DNA from: Wolbachia endosymbiont of Cimex lectularius
GTDB lineage: Bacteria > Pseudomonadota > Alphaproteobacteria > Rickettsiales > Anaplasmataceae
NCBI RefSeq assembly: GCF_000829315.1
Contig: NZ_AP013028.1
Coordinates: forward strand, 30,001-62,000
Length of the DNA: 32,000 nucleotides
Direction of reading: 5' to 3'
Positions 1 through 9,972 of this stretch are shown piece after piece; position 1 is the stretch's first letter, and the number at the start of each line of letters is the position of its first letter. Below the pieces are notes generated by a model, which was given only the letters and a program-made list of their open reading frames with translations, had not been told where the DNA came from and ran no database searches. The position numbers and the translations under genes are program-made.

Positions 1-628
1 CAGTAACCTTTTTGGTTGTATCGCCAGGATGTGCAGGATCTTGTTTTTGCCCATCAAAGCTAGCGCCATAAGAGCCGAAATAGCGAGCACCAGCGTAAAG
101 CTTGATTTCTGGAGTTACATCATAGCTAACACCAGCTTTTGCTTGGTAAGCAAAACCAAATCCATGTTTTTTATCTCCCACAGGGCTCTTTAAAGGGTTG
201 CTGAGATATGCTGCACCAACACCAATGCCAACATACGGAGTAATAGGCATATCCTCAATTGCTACATCATAATACACATTAACTAGCCCTGACATTACTG
301 ATAAATTATCTGCAAATGGATTAACTGTATCTTTGTTGTTGTTGAGTTGTGAGTAAAGCGCTTCAACATCAACTCTAATGTCATCCATTTTGTAACCAAA
401 TGCACCACCGCCAGCCATAAAAGAAGCTTTGAAAGGATCAACTTTGTCAGGATTCGGTATACCACTAACTTCTGTTTTAAAAGGTGAAAATTCACCATTG
501 TACTGCAGGCGAATGTAGTAGCTAGTTTCTTCATCAGCTATTGGACCAACAGGATCTGAGAAAGCAGCGTTTGATAAACTTAGCAACGTCACTAAAGCGG
601 TTGCTGAAAAAAACTTTTTATAATGCAT
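1..628 (-). CDS. wsp: Wolbachia surface protein, outer membrane beta-barrel, partial (3' end outside window)
   Basis: Minus-strand frame opening at ATG (628) reads MHYKKFFSATALVTLLSLSNAAFSDPVGPIADEETSYYIRLQYNGEFSPF...; signal peptide; matches the remembered Wsp N-terminus. GAGG ribosome-binding-like sequence upstream. Absent from the ORF track because it runs off the window. Confidence 0.95.
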   Translation of the reverse strand, partial: MHYKKFFSATALVTLLSLSNAAFSDPVGPIADEETSYYIRLQYNGEFSPFKTEVSGIPNPDKVDPFKASFMAGGGAFGYKMDDIRVDVEALYSQLNNNKDTVNPFADNLSVMSGLVNVYYDVAIEDMPITPYVGIGVGAAYLSNPLKSPVGDKKHGFGFAYQAKAGVSYDVTPEIKLYAGARYFGSYGASFDGQKQDPAHPGDTTKKVT

Positions 629-962
629 AATTACCCTCGTTAAAAAAAAAATTAAAATTCCACTTTAGCAATTTAAGTAAAAACTAAAGTTAAGTCAAGT
701 ACTAACTTAATAACATAAAATATTTGACATTTAAACCAATTTTTAAGGGTAAGGTAAAAATTTTATTAATAAAAAGACAATTATATAACTTTTTACCTTT
801 AATTTTTTGGTATTTTCTCACTGACTCTAGTATTTCTTTGCTTTCTGCATACCATCTTCGCTGCTGCGATTTCTTTCATCTTTGCATGACGTTTCGGGTA
901 CAGTATATGAAATAATGCTAGTACCAGAGATACAGAAACCTAGTTAGCGATACAGAGAACTT

Positions 963-1295
963 TTAAAAGGGAAGTTTAAACCCAGGTGGTAACCCCATCA
1001 TACCTGCAAGATCAGAGGTTGCATTTGCCATGTCTTCCTCTGCCTTTTTAATGGCATCGTTGAATGCTGCCGTTACTAAATCTTCTACTATATCTTTCTC
1101 CTCGTTTCTCATAAGCTCTAAGTCTATGCTTACTTTCTTAGCTTTGTAACTACCTATTTTTACAACTTCCACCAACACAGAAACTTTGCCACCCCCGGAA
1201 ATACCTTGAAACTCTTTCCCAATGTACTTCTCTTGAGCTTCTGCAAGCTTTTTTTGCATCTCTTGTGCTTGCTTCGTTATTTGACTAAAATCCAT
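963..1295 (-). CDS. ybaB: YbaB/EbfC family nucleoid-associated protein
   Basis: 110 aa with MQKKLAEAQEK and GGGKVSVLVE motifs; located immediately downstream of dnaX as in many bacteria. Confidence 0.9.
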   Translation of the reverse strand: MDFSQITKQAQEMQKKLAEAQEKYIGKEFQGISGGGKVSVLVEVVKIGSYKAKKVSIDLELMRNEEKDIVEDLVTAAFNDAIKKAEEDMANATSDLAGMMGLPPGFKLPF

Positions 1296-1298
1296 AAC

Positions 1299-2783
1299 CT
1301 ACTCCTTATTCTCTATATTAACTACCTTTGCACCCTTAAATGTATCAAGTATATTCCTGACTACAGGTGCGTAATTTAAATTACTTACTTCCCTGCTCAT
1401 ATAGCCTGCATCAACTGTGACAACCCATTCTTGCCGAGTCACTTGATTTAAGTAATTTTTCAAGTCATTACAAAAACTGTTGTCCAGCCGAGATACGGCT
1501 CTTAATTTTAAATACCCAGGTTTGCAATCCACTAATTGTAGATTACTACATAGCTGTTTGTAAAGATAAATTTGGTTATTCTGTCGTAATAGTTGCAGAA
1601 TTTTATCAAAATCGTAATTTTTTTGCTGTGCACTCTCTGCGTCACGCATATTCCTTTGCTGGGTATTCTGCGTAAGAACTTTTTTGACTACTTGCTCAGG
1701 GGAAGGTAAATCAGAAAGATAACAGAGGCTAATTAACATCATTTCAGCAGCAATATCGTTACATGTTGAAGTTTTTATATCCTGAACTCCCTTGAGCAAC
1801 ATCTTCCACAATCTCGAAAAAAATATTAAAGACTTCTTTGCACTTAAGTCTTTTATCCTGTTCTTTTCACATTCTATAACTGAACTATCGATTTCTTTTG
1901 TGATCAAATAACGGCATATTAATTGGATTGTTTGCAATAGACCCTCGAAGACACTGAGTGGGTTTGCTGTCTTTATTGCCTTGTCGAATACTGACAGAGC
2001 CTTCTGTAAATCACCATCTAATATTGCTTCCAGTAGATCAAATATAATATCTTTATCCACCAAACCGAGTATTTCTATCACATTCTTGATGGATATTGTG
2101 CCATCTTTGCTATGTAACACTGCTTGATTCATTAAAAATAAGGCGTTACGCATCGAATTGCTACAGTGGTGTGCAATTAATTCTGATGCCCCATTTTCAA
2201 TGAGATAATTTTCTTTTTGTGCAATGTCGTTCAACCGCTCCACTATTTTAGCTGCAGGGATATTATGCAAGTCAAACCTTTGACAACGTGCAATAATAGT
2301 TATCGGTATCTTTTTTATCTCTGTGGTTGCCAGAACAAACTTTACACTGGATGGTGGTTCTTCTAGGGTTTTAAGCAATGCATTAAATGCACTGCTGGAT
2401 AACATGTGTACTTCGTCTATAATATAAACCTTGAATTTAGAGCTTATAGGTGAATAGCAAATGTCTCCTAGGATTACTTTGATATCCTCAACGCTAGTGT
2501 GACTTGCCGCGTCAATTTCTATTACATCCGGGTGACTTGAATTCTTTATCGCCAGACAATTTTCACATGATCCACAAGGTTCAAAAGTTGGTCCCATGGA
2601 ACAATTCAAACACAAAGCTATTATTCTTGCTGTGGTAGTTTTACCAACTCCACTACTACCAGAGAGCAGTATGGATTGTGGGATTTTGTTGAGAGTAAAA
2701 GCGTTTTCTAATATACGCACTAATATATCTTGACCTATTAGATCTTTAAAGCTACTAGGACGATATTTTAATGCTATGTTCAT
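1299..2783 (-). CDS. dnaX: DNA polymerase III subunit gamma/tau
   Basis: MNIALKYRPSSFKDLIGQD, Walker A GSSGVGKTTTARI, zinc-binding cysteine cluster, DEVHML, SRCQRF-like CQRFDLH. Confidence 0.96.
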   Translation of the reverse strand: MNIALKYRPSSFKDLIGQDILVRILENAFTLNKIPQSILLSGSSGVGKTTTARIIALCLNCSMGPTFEPCGSCENCLAIKNSSHPDVIEIDAASHTSVEDIKVILGDICYSPISSKFKVYIIDEVHMLSSSAFNALLKTLEEPPSSVKFVLATTEIKKIPITIIARCQRFDLHNIPAAKIVERLNDIAQKENYLIENGASELIAHHCSNSMRNALFLMNQAVLHSKDGTISIKNVIEILGLVDKDIIFDLLEAILDGDLQKALSVFDKAIKTANPLSVFEGLLQTIQLICRYLITKEIDSSVIECEKNRIKDLSAKKSLIFFSRLWKMLLKGVQDIKTSTCNDIAAEMMLISLCYLSDLPSPEQVVKKVLTQNTQQRNMRDAESAQQKNYDFDKILQLLRQNNQIYLYKQLCSNLQLVDCKPGYLKLRAVSRLDNSFCNDLKNYLNQVTRQEWVVTVDAGYMSREVSNLNYAPVVRNILDTFKGAKVVNIENKE

Positions 2784-2986
2784 AACTTACGATAAACAAA
2801 CAGTTCAATAGGTATGCAACCCAAAAAGATTCTGATATGGCTGCTTCATCTCTGACCTGACCAAGTGACAGAGTTTTTGCCTGCATACCTTGTAAAATAT
2901 TATACTTTTTTTTTTATTTAGCAAGGTATATCCTATGGTAGTTTACGATTAGTTGGGGTTGCACAAGTTATATATAGAAATTAATT

Positions 2987-3640
2987 ATGATTTTATATCA
3001 CTTCCCTCTTTGTCCGTTCTCACGAAAAGTTAGAGCTCTTCTCAAGGAGAAAAAGTTAGGTTGTGATTTAGTATACGAGAATCCGTGGGAGAAGAGGAAT
3101 GAATTTATGGAGATTAACCCAACTGGACAAGTACCAGTGCTTGTGGATAATAATTTTATTATAACAGATAGCACTGCTATTTGTGAGTATCTAGAAGAAA
3201 CTTATAGCGGCAATATCAAATTGCTCGATTTGTCTACTGTTGTTAAGTCTAAAATACGTGCTTTGGTTAATTGGTTTGATAACAAGTTTTACAACGAAGT
3301 TACTAAATACATTATAAACGAAAAAGTAATAATTAACCGCAGCCCTGATTCTAGGTTTCTTCATGCAGCTCAGCACAACCTGTCTTGCCATATAGAATAC
3401 ATTGAATATTTAATTAGCAAAAACGTTTGGCTTGCAACCGATAAGTTCACTTTGGCTGACATTACTTTAGCGTCACATATCTCTGTAATGGACTATGTAA
3501 ATAGTTTTCCATGGGAAAAAAGTAGAATTTTAAAAGAATGGTACTCTATTGTTAAGTCAAGGCCTTGTTTTCGTGAGATGTTATTAGAAAGGGTTTCTGG
3601 ATTAACTCCTCCTAGGCATTATGCCGACTTTGATTTTTAA
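2987..3640 (+). CDS. Glutathione S-transferase family protein (SspA-like)
   Basis: N-terminal thioredoxin fold YHFPLCPFSRKVRALLKEK, NPTGQVPVLVD, DSTAICEYLEE, and C-terminal FTLADITLASH. Confidence 0.85.
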   Translation: MILYHFPLCPFSRKVRALLKEKKLGCDLVYENPWEKRNEFMEINPTGQVPVLVDNNFIITDSTAICEYLEETYSGNIKLLDLSTVVKSKIRALVNWFDNKFYNEVTKYIINEKVIINRSPDSRFLHAAQHNLSCHIEYIEYLISKNVWLATDKFTLADITLASHISVMDYVNSFPWEKSRILKEWYSIVKSRPCFREMLLERVSGLTPPRHYADFDF

Positions 3641-3641
3641 C

Positions 3642-4292
3642 TCATGTTAGCTTTAAAGCTACAATCATTCCCTCATCAGTTGGAATCAACATAGAGTGAT
3701 ATTTTTCTTCGTCTGATAATCTACGATTAAATTCTCTCATAGCAAGCCATGATTTTTCTGATACTTCCTTTGGAGGTGATTCTAAAAACACTGTATTAAA
3801 CAATAGAGTGTTATCTGCAACAATGAGTCCATCTCGTTTAATATACAGCTCTGCCCAATCTAAATATTTAGGGTAACCACCTTTATCAGCATCAATTAAC
3901 ATCATGTCAAACGGTGCTTTTGCTGACAACTCATTCAGTTTTTCCAATGCGTCGCCTTCTATTAAAGTAATTTTATTGTTCAGATTAAAAGCACTAAAAT
4001 TTTTTTTTGCTATGCTTAAGTGCTCAGGATTGTTTTCTATTGTGTATATATGGCCATATTCAGGTAGAGCTTTAACCATACAAATCGATGAATACCCATA
4101 TAATGTACCAATTTCAACGATACTTTTTACTTTATGAATTTTTATAAATAAACTGAGCAGCTTTCCTTCTTCAGCACTAATTTGGATGTGTTTCTTTTCT
4201 TCAAAAATACAATATTCCTCTATTTTCTTGTATTTCTTTGCGAATAAGTCTCTTATGTATGATAATTTCGTGCTAGAGTTGTTGCGTGTCAT
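3642..4292 (-). CDS. SAM-dependent O-methyltransferase (CCoAOMT-like)
   Basis: VEIGTLYGYSSICM, IYTIENNPEH, DMMLIDADKGGYPKYLDWAELYIKRDGLIVADNTL. Confidence 0.88.
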   Translation of the reverse strand: MTRNNSSTKLSYIRDLFAKKYKKIEEYCIFEEKKHIQISAEEGKLLSLFIKIHKVKSIVEIGTLYGYSSICMVKALPEYGHIYTIENNPEHLSIAKKNFSAFNLNNKITLIEGDALEKLNELSAKAPFDMMLIDADKGGYPKYLDWAELYIKRDGLIVADNTLLFNTVFLESPPKEVSEKSWLAMREFNRRLSDEEKYHSMLIPTDEGMIVALKLT

Positions 4293-4524
4293 GTCTTGTG
4301 TTGAAGATTTAATTTATATATGTTAGCTTAAAATAATAAAAACGTTTATTTTAGGTTATTATTTTTTACAGCGTAAAATTTTAAGTGACAAAAATTATTA
4401 TATATAATATTATAATTAACTAGTATAATAGTTGATAGATTGTCATACTAGAATTTGAGGAACTGCTCATGAGCATTTCTCTTTAGTTAAAATATAATTT
4501 TCATAATCAATTAGAGGGAGTTAT

Positions 4525-4803
4525 ATGTCTTATAATATTGCTGGTGAAGTTGAAACGTTAAGCAAAAAATCTAACAAGGATGAAGGGGTTACATTGTTAC
4601 ATAACCCAGCTTATCGTGAGAAATATAGGGAACGTTTTGATGAAGCCCAGAAAAAAGTTATGGATATGGTTCAGTTCTATGATGGAACAATAATATTAAT
4701 AGAAAATAAAATTGCTATGTATTATTACGCTTGGCACAGTAAAAAAAGAGAATTTGAGCGTAAGAAACAACAAGCAGTGGTAAAAAACGACAGCTCAACG
4801 TAG
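4525..4803 (+). CDS. Small conserved-looking hypothetical protein
   Basis: 92 aa ORF preceded by a good RBS (agagggag) at suitable spacing; charged soluble protein; family not recognised. Confidence 0.65.
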   Translation: MSYNIAGEVETLSKKSNKDEGVTLLHNPAYREKYRERFDEAQKKVMDMVQFYDGTIILIENKIAMYYYAWHSKKREFERKKQQAVVKNDSST

Positions 4804-4831
4804 GGTTTTTTTATGATAAGCTACAGTGGTA

Positions 4832-5542
4832 TTATTTCACTATAGCTTTTTCATATAGCCTACCTATTACATTAGTGAAGTATTCTAATGTTTTATATCC
4901 CTCGTGTTTAATTTTATTATGTTCTGTATGTGATTTATCGTTGCTAAGCTTGATAAAAAATATTGGAGTAGCCATAATACCAAGCTTATTTATTGCCAGT
5001 GATTTATCGTTTATAATTTTGTCAAACACTTCCTTGTTTTTCTTTTCATCGATGCATTGGTTAAACAGGTCTTGCTTTAAGTTACTTAGTGCAGCAATCC
5101 TTTGTAGTACAGTTAAATCACTTAAATCAGAATAGTTCCACGAGTCTATTGAATTAAAAACAGCTTTGTTGAAATTAAAATAGTCTTCTTCTTTTTCATA
5201 GCAATAGCTTAGCATTGCAGCTTTTAATCCTCTATAATCTAGAGGAAAATGACGGAATATATATAACATTTTGCCCGTATCTATATATTTCTTTTTAATT
5301 GCAGGAAAAACCTCCTTATGAAAAAGGGAACAATGATAACAAGTGAGCGAAGCATATTCTATCATTAAAATTAGCGCTTTTGGATTTCCTAGTGATTTGT
5401 CATCGGGCAATGGTGATAATAGTTCTTCTGCTGTTGTTTCACCAGTTTTTCGAGTGTACTGGTTGTTGGATAAGTCTTGTTTGATAACTGCATGAGAATT
5501 AACACTTATAAAAATTAGTAAAAGCAATAGTCTGAAAATCAT
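4832..5542 (-). CDS. DsbA-like thiol:disulfide oxidoreductase, secreted
   Basis: Signal-peptide-like N-terminus; CxxC motif in ASLTCYHCSLFHKEVFP; C-terminal GIMATPIFFI typical of the cis-Pro loop. Confidence 0.9.
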   Translation of the reverse strand: MIFRLLLLLIFISVNSHAVIKQDLSNNQYTRKTGETTAEELLSPLPDDKSLGNPKALILMIEYASLTCYHCSLFHKEVFPAIKKKYIDTGKMLYIFRHFPLDYRGLKAAMLSYCYEKEEDYFNFNKAVFNSIDSWNYSDLSDLTVLQRIAALSNLKQDLFNQCIDEKKNKEVFDKIINDKSLAINKLGIMATPIFFIKLSNDKSHTEHNKIKHEGYKTLEYFTNVIGRLYEKAIVK

Positions 5543-5607
5543 TACAATATAAACACTAAAATTACTAAGAAAATTACGTATCTATATTAATAATGTCAAG
5601 ATAACTT

Positions 5608-6057
5608 TTACTTAGCAAGGTTCTTAACTCTTTCTTTAAATGCAGCAATTATTTTACTTTGTGTATATTTGTACACTGAGTTTAATAGAGTTGAAAGCGA
5701 GCTAGATTTAAACTCAAATTCTATGTAAAACTTCACCATGGTCTTATTTTCACCTATAGGAATGAATTTCCATTCATTGTATAAATGTTTAAATATCCCA
5801 TTTGATGATACAGCTTTTATCCAACCTTCATTTGTTCTGCTTGGAGAAAGAAAAGTTACTTCTGATGTATACTTTCCTTTAATACCATGAAAAGCTGCTA
5901 GAAGATCCACAACCATTTGGCTATCGGTTTTTTCTTTTATATAAACAGCTTTGCACCAAGGAACAAAATCAGGATACTTCTCAACATCAATTACAACCTG
6001 AAATATTTCATCGGATGAACAGAAAAAAGTACCTTGTTCTTTGTATCGGTAGAGCAT
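5608..6057 (-). CDS. Type II toxin-antitoxin-like RatA / COQ10 START-domain protein
   Basis: 149 aa; YPDFVPWCKA, WKFIPIGENKTMVKFYIEFEFKSSSL match the RatA/Coq10 family pattern. Confidence 0.87.
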   Translation of the reverse strand: MLYRYKEQGTFFCSSDEIFQVVIDVEKYPDFVPWCKAVYIKEKTDSQMVVDLLAAFHGIKGKYTSEVTFLSPSRTNEGWIKAVSSNGIFKHLYNEWKFIPIGENKTMVKFYIEFEFKSSSLSTLLNSVYKYTQSKIIAAFKERVKNLAK

Positions 6058-6343
6058 AAATCTAAATCAACTGGAACAGGATCCGTATCTACCGTCAGTC
6101 TTAGTAGATTCCTGAGACCTAAAGTTAAAGTGGGCATCACGTATTAATTTCAACGAAATCAATAGAGACAATTCCCTTGACTAGAAATTATCGCTCGGGA
6201 AATTTAACTTAACTCATAACGTATAGAACAGACCCTTATAATTATAGCTAGTTTACACAAGTTGTGTCTATATGTATATTGCAGTCAACAATAAAACTAA
6301 CTATCTTTATTAAACTTTGCATTTTAAGTGTTACGGTCAATAA

Positions 6344-6943
6344 ATGTACCTTATGAATATTACTAAAGCTTTAATCATTATTGTTTTTGTTATAATTTCT
6401 TCAGGTGCTTACACTAGTTGTGCAGATCACAAAATTTTTGTGCATGCTATGAAGCAACAAGTGGATAGCATATACACAAAGGAAAAGAAAAGAAATCGGG
6501 AATATATATATATAAAGCTTCAGGAGATCATTCGAAGCAATGTTAATCTCAAAGAAATATCCCGATTTGTAATGGGAAAGCATTGGACTTTGACTACCCA
6601 GGAAGAAAGAGAAAGTTTCTTAAAAGAATATGAGGTGTATCTTACGCGTTTGTGCATCAAAATTTTGTATAAGTACATGAATAACAGCGAAATGACTATA
6701 ATGGGCTCAAAAGCAGGTGATGATGGAACTTGCTTGGTTAGTACAAGATTTTCCTACGGCGACGAAGAATTCACAAATATTGACTTTAAAGTTGCTAAAA
6801 GTAACAGTTCTTTCTTAATAAATGATGTTGTAATGAATGGAATAAGTATTTCTATTAATCAACGTTCCCAATTCAGTGAAAAAATTGATATGCATGGTAT
6901 AGCGAGTGTTATAGATGAATTAAAATGTAATAACAATCTATGA
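6344..6943 (+). CDS. MlaC/Ttg2D-like ABC transporter substrate-binding protein
   Basis: Signal peptide; NLKEISRFVMGKHW.LTTQEERESFLKEYEVYLTR; NSSFLINDVVMNGISISINQRSQF. Confidence 0.85.
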   Translation: MYLMNITKALIIIVFVIISSGAYTSCADHKIFVHAMKQQVDSIYTKEKKRNREYIYIKLQEIIRSNVNLKEISRFVMGKHWTLTTQEERESFLKEYEVYLTRLCIKILYKYMNNSEMTIMGSKAGDDGTCLVSTRFSYGDEEFTNIDFKVAKSNSSFLINDVVMNGISISINQRSQFSEKIDMHGIASVIDELKCNNNL

Positions 6944-8098
6944 TATACATGCCTCACTGGCCTAAGCCACTTGGCAGAAGACCAAAAGACTTTTCTCTTG
7001 AGCGCATGAAAAGCTTTCTAAGTAAGTTAGGCAATCCCGAAAAAAAAATGCCTCCGGCAATTCACATAGCTGAAACTAATGGAAAAGGTTCAACACTATC
7101 TTTTATGAGGTACATAATGCAGGCAGCAGGGTATAAGGTTCATGCATACACTTCTCCACATTTAGTTAATTTTAATGAGAGAATAGTCGTTGCAGGGAGT
7201 CATGTCGACGAGAATGAACTATATAGTTTATTAGAAAAATGCCGCAGTGCAATCGCAGATCAGCCTATCACTTTGTTTGAAGCTGCAACAATTGCAGCAT
7301 TCTTAGTTTTCTCTCATCATGAAGCCGATGTCACTTTAATTGAGGTAGGTATGGGTGGAAGACTTGACGCAACAAACGTTATAGATAATCCGATTTTAAC
7401 AATCATTACTTCCATCGCACTTGATCATATGGAATATCTTGGTCCTACTGTAGAAACTATAGCAGGTGAAAAGGCTGGAATAATGAAACATAATGTTCCT
7501 TTCGACTATTCAATCAATAGAATTTCCTTTGCCTTCTTTGAAGGGCGATCATCAAATAATTAATGCAGGAAACGCTATTGCAGCATGCAGCATTTTGAGT
7601 GGAAAGTACGGATTTGATATTGGAGAAGAGGATATCACTTCAGGTTTACAACATACCTACTGGCCTGCACGACCAGAGCTTATAAAAGAGGGAAATTTAA
7701 TTTCTTTGTTACCGAAAGATTGGCAATTATTTTTAGATGGTGCGCACAATAACGATGGTGCCAGAGTATTAGCTGATTGGGTGAAAGATAATTTTGCTGA
7801 AGGTATCTATATGATTTTTGGTGTTACTCGTAACAGAAACGTGGAAGAGTTTTTGGAACACTTTAAACCATATATCAAGTTATTATGTGCGGTTTGTGTT
7901 AAGTCTGAGCCTAAAGCAACAAATACAGGTCTAATCAGAGAGGGAGCGAATAATATAGGAATGAATGCTATTGAATGTGAATCGATCGGTGATGCCATAT
8001 TAAACCACATACTAAAAGTTCCTATCCAGAACGTCAAAACCATACTGATTTGTGGTTCGCTATTCCTAGCTAGGGACTTTGCTATGGAGAATAACTGA
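6940..8098 (+). pseudogene. folC: Bifunctional folylpolyglutamate/dihydrofolate synthase, frameshifted and internally deleted
   Basis: ORF 6940..7563 covers the N-terminal part (ETNGKGSTLSFMR, GGRLDATNVI, AGEKAGIMK) and overlapping ORF 7493..8098 resumes in another frame (FPLPSLKGDHQIINAGNAIAA, FLDGAHNNDGARVLADW); the mid-protein segment expected between them is missing. Confidence 0.8.
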
Positions 8099-8161
8099 GC
8101 CTTTTAAAGTTTATATCAACTAGCGCTATATTTTTTTCTGGAAGAAAGCTATATTGTAGCT

Positions 8162-9307
8162 ATGGACAATATAATCATAAAAAAATTTGGTGGGACTTCA
8201 TTAACTGACTTAAACCGAGTTGCGAACTTGATAAAAAAAGATGTTGAGAGAGGTTGTAACGTAATCGTCGTTGTATCTGCTGTTGCAGGATTTACTGATC
8301 AAATGGCTTTTCAGGCTAGACAAATCTCAGATTTAAGCTGCAAACGAGAGCTGTCGGAATATGACGTTATACTTTCAGCGGGGGAGCAGATTTCTTGCGG
8401 CATGTTAGCAATCACTCTCCAATCTATTGGAATAAACGCTAAATCGTGGCTTGCCTGGCAGTTACCGATTATAACAGACGATCTTTACTCCGAGTCTAAA
8501 ATAAAAACAATAGAGACTGATCATCTGAAAAGGTCTTTTGCTGAAGGGTATACTGTAGCGATCATTGCTGGCTTTCAGGGTATACATGATGATAGAATCA
8601 CCACTTTTGGAAGAGAAGGCTCTGATATATCAGCAGTTGCCTTAGCGGTAGCTTTTAACGTCAAAGTTTGCGAGATTTTCACTGATATCGATGGAATATA
8701 TACGGCTGATCCGAAAATTGTTCCAAAAGCACGCAAGCTCAAATCTATCTCTTACGATGAAATGTTGGAGATGTCGTCATCTGGTGCTAAAATACTACAT
8801 AATCGTTCAGTACAGCTTGCAATGAAACATAACATTAAAGTACAAGTGCTGTCCACCTTTAAAGGGATGGAAGGAACTGTAGTACTACATAAAAAAGATG
8901 TACTGGAGAGATACACAATTACCGGAATAACTTATAGCACCAATGAAGCTCTTGTAACTTTTGCTAACCTTGCAGATACCTTGCGTATTTTAAGGGATAT
9001 TGCAGGAGCAAACATTAAAATTGATATGATACACGGATCAAGTCTTGTAATTTCCGAATTTGATATTGATTCAATGAAAAAGCTACTGAATGGGAGCTAT
9101 ATCATAAACAATAACGTAGCTAGAATTTCAATAATTGGTATTGGCGTTATGTCTAATACTGAGGTGATGCACCGCATACTCAAGGTCTTGAGCGAAAAAA
9201 AGATAGAAATACTCGCTATCACAGCATCTGAAACCAAGATCAGTATAATCGTTCAAAGAGAATGTGCTGAAGCTCTAGCTAGGGATTTACATACAGAGTT
9301 GGTATAA
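8162..9307 (+). CDS. lysC: Aspartate kinase
   Basis: IIKKFGGTSLTD start, FGREGSDISAVALA, FTDIDGIYTADPKIVPKARK, ACT-domain C-terminus. Confidence 0.95.
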   Translation: MDNIIIKKFGGTSLTDLNRVANLIKKDVERGCNVIVVVSAVAGFTDQMAFQARQISDLSCKRELSEYDVILSAGEQISCGMLAITLQSIGINAKSWLAWQLPIITDDLYSESKIKTIETDHLKRSFAEGYTVAIIAGFQGIHDDRITTFGREGSDISAVALAVAFNVKVCEIFTDIDGIYTADPKIVPKARKLKSISYDEMLEMSSSGAKILHNRSVQLAMKHNIKVQVLSTFKGMEGTVVLHKKDVLERYTITGITYSTNEALVTFANLADTLRILRDIAGANIKIDMIHGSSLVISEFDIDSMKKLLNGSYIINNNVARISIIGIGVMSNTEVMHRILKVLSEKKIEILAITASETKISIIVQRECAEALARDLHTELV

Positions 9308-9332
9308 ATAGCCTTATGCCATACAACTTAGA

Positions 9333-9746
9333 CCTCTCGCATATCAAACTAGTTTTGGCATATGCGAAAAAACTACTTGACAAGTTCCTCCAAACCCATT
9401 ATCATGTTATTGGAGCTATTCATTTAGCTTCAATCTGTGCACCTTATGTCTTTATTAATTTTACCTAGACTTCTAGGTTTTTCCCTATACAAGCTGAAAC
9501 GCGCTTATAAGTCGTTTAGGACAGTATAGTACGCCAATTTGCAGGATTAGAGAGTGAGCAACTTCTACCACGGGACTCTTTTGTCTTTTTTTCTGCTTAG
9601 TAAGTTTCTTAGCACTTAAGCTAAGGGTCTGTTGCAGTTTAAAAGTCGCTAAATTGCAGCGTTTAAGACTTAAAAAAACGCCAATACTAAAAATAAATAC
9701 CGACCAGGGTTTCTTTTGCTTTTTTCTCCGTTTAGTAAATTTCTTA
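9333..9746 (+). repeat. Copy A of dispersed promoter-bearing intergenic repeat
   Basis: gacctctcgcat..., actacTTGACA-N17-TATCAT, CAAGCTGAAACGCGCTTATAAGTCGTTTA, two tandem modules each ending in GTAARTTTCTTA; shared with copies at 15576, 28304 and 31711. Confidence 0.85.
9377..9405 (+). promoter_or_regulatory. sigma70-type promoter in repeat copy A
   Basis: TTGACA (9377-9382), 17 nt, TATCAT (9400-9405). Confidence 0.6.
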
Positions 9747-9972
9747 AATATTTATTACTAAAGTAGTATCCAGGATCTCAGTGTCAGCTACTGGGATGAC
9801 AAGCTACTTGGTGTATTTTTGTATCAGAAAACACTTGCTAAGGCTTTTTGGCCGCTTATAGATAGACTATAGCACTTCGTTTTTTGTAAACTTTCTCTGT
9901 CTTTGGTAATTTGTTTTAACATAGATAAAATAAACTGTGTATTTTTTTTAATAAATTGACTATGCTAAAAAC

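Noticed and set aside
295-534. 79-aa minus-strand ORF
   Set aside because: Out-of-frame overlap with the wsp reading frame on the same strand; wsp is the true gene.
724-915. 63-aa plus-strand ORF between wsp and ybaB
   Set aside because: No RBS or family similarity; lies in an AT-rich gap and probably occurs by chance.
5608-6057. RatA-like gene considered as half of a toxin-antitoxin system
   Set aside because: The family is the housekeeping COQ10/START-domain type and no partner antitoxin gene is adjacent.
9333-9746. The dispersed repeats considered as a CRISPR array
   Set aside because: Copies are kilobases apart, long and non-identical, with no regular short repeats or spacers and no cas genes.
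9820-9972. Possible tRNA or other structural RNA in the gap before the perM-like gene
   Set aside because: No GGTTCGAATCC-like T-arm or cloverleaf pattern seen. The same negative applies informally to the rest of the window; tRNAscan-SE would settle it.
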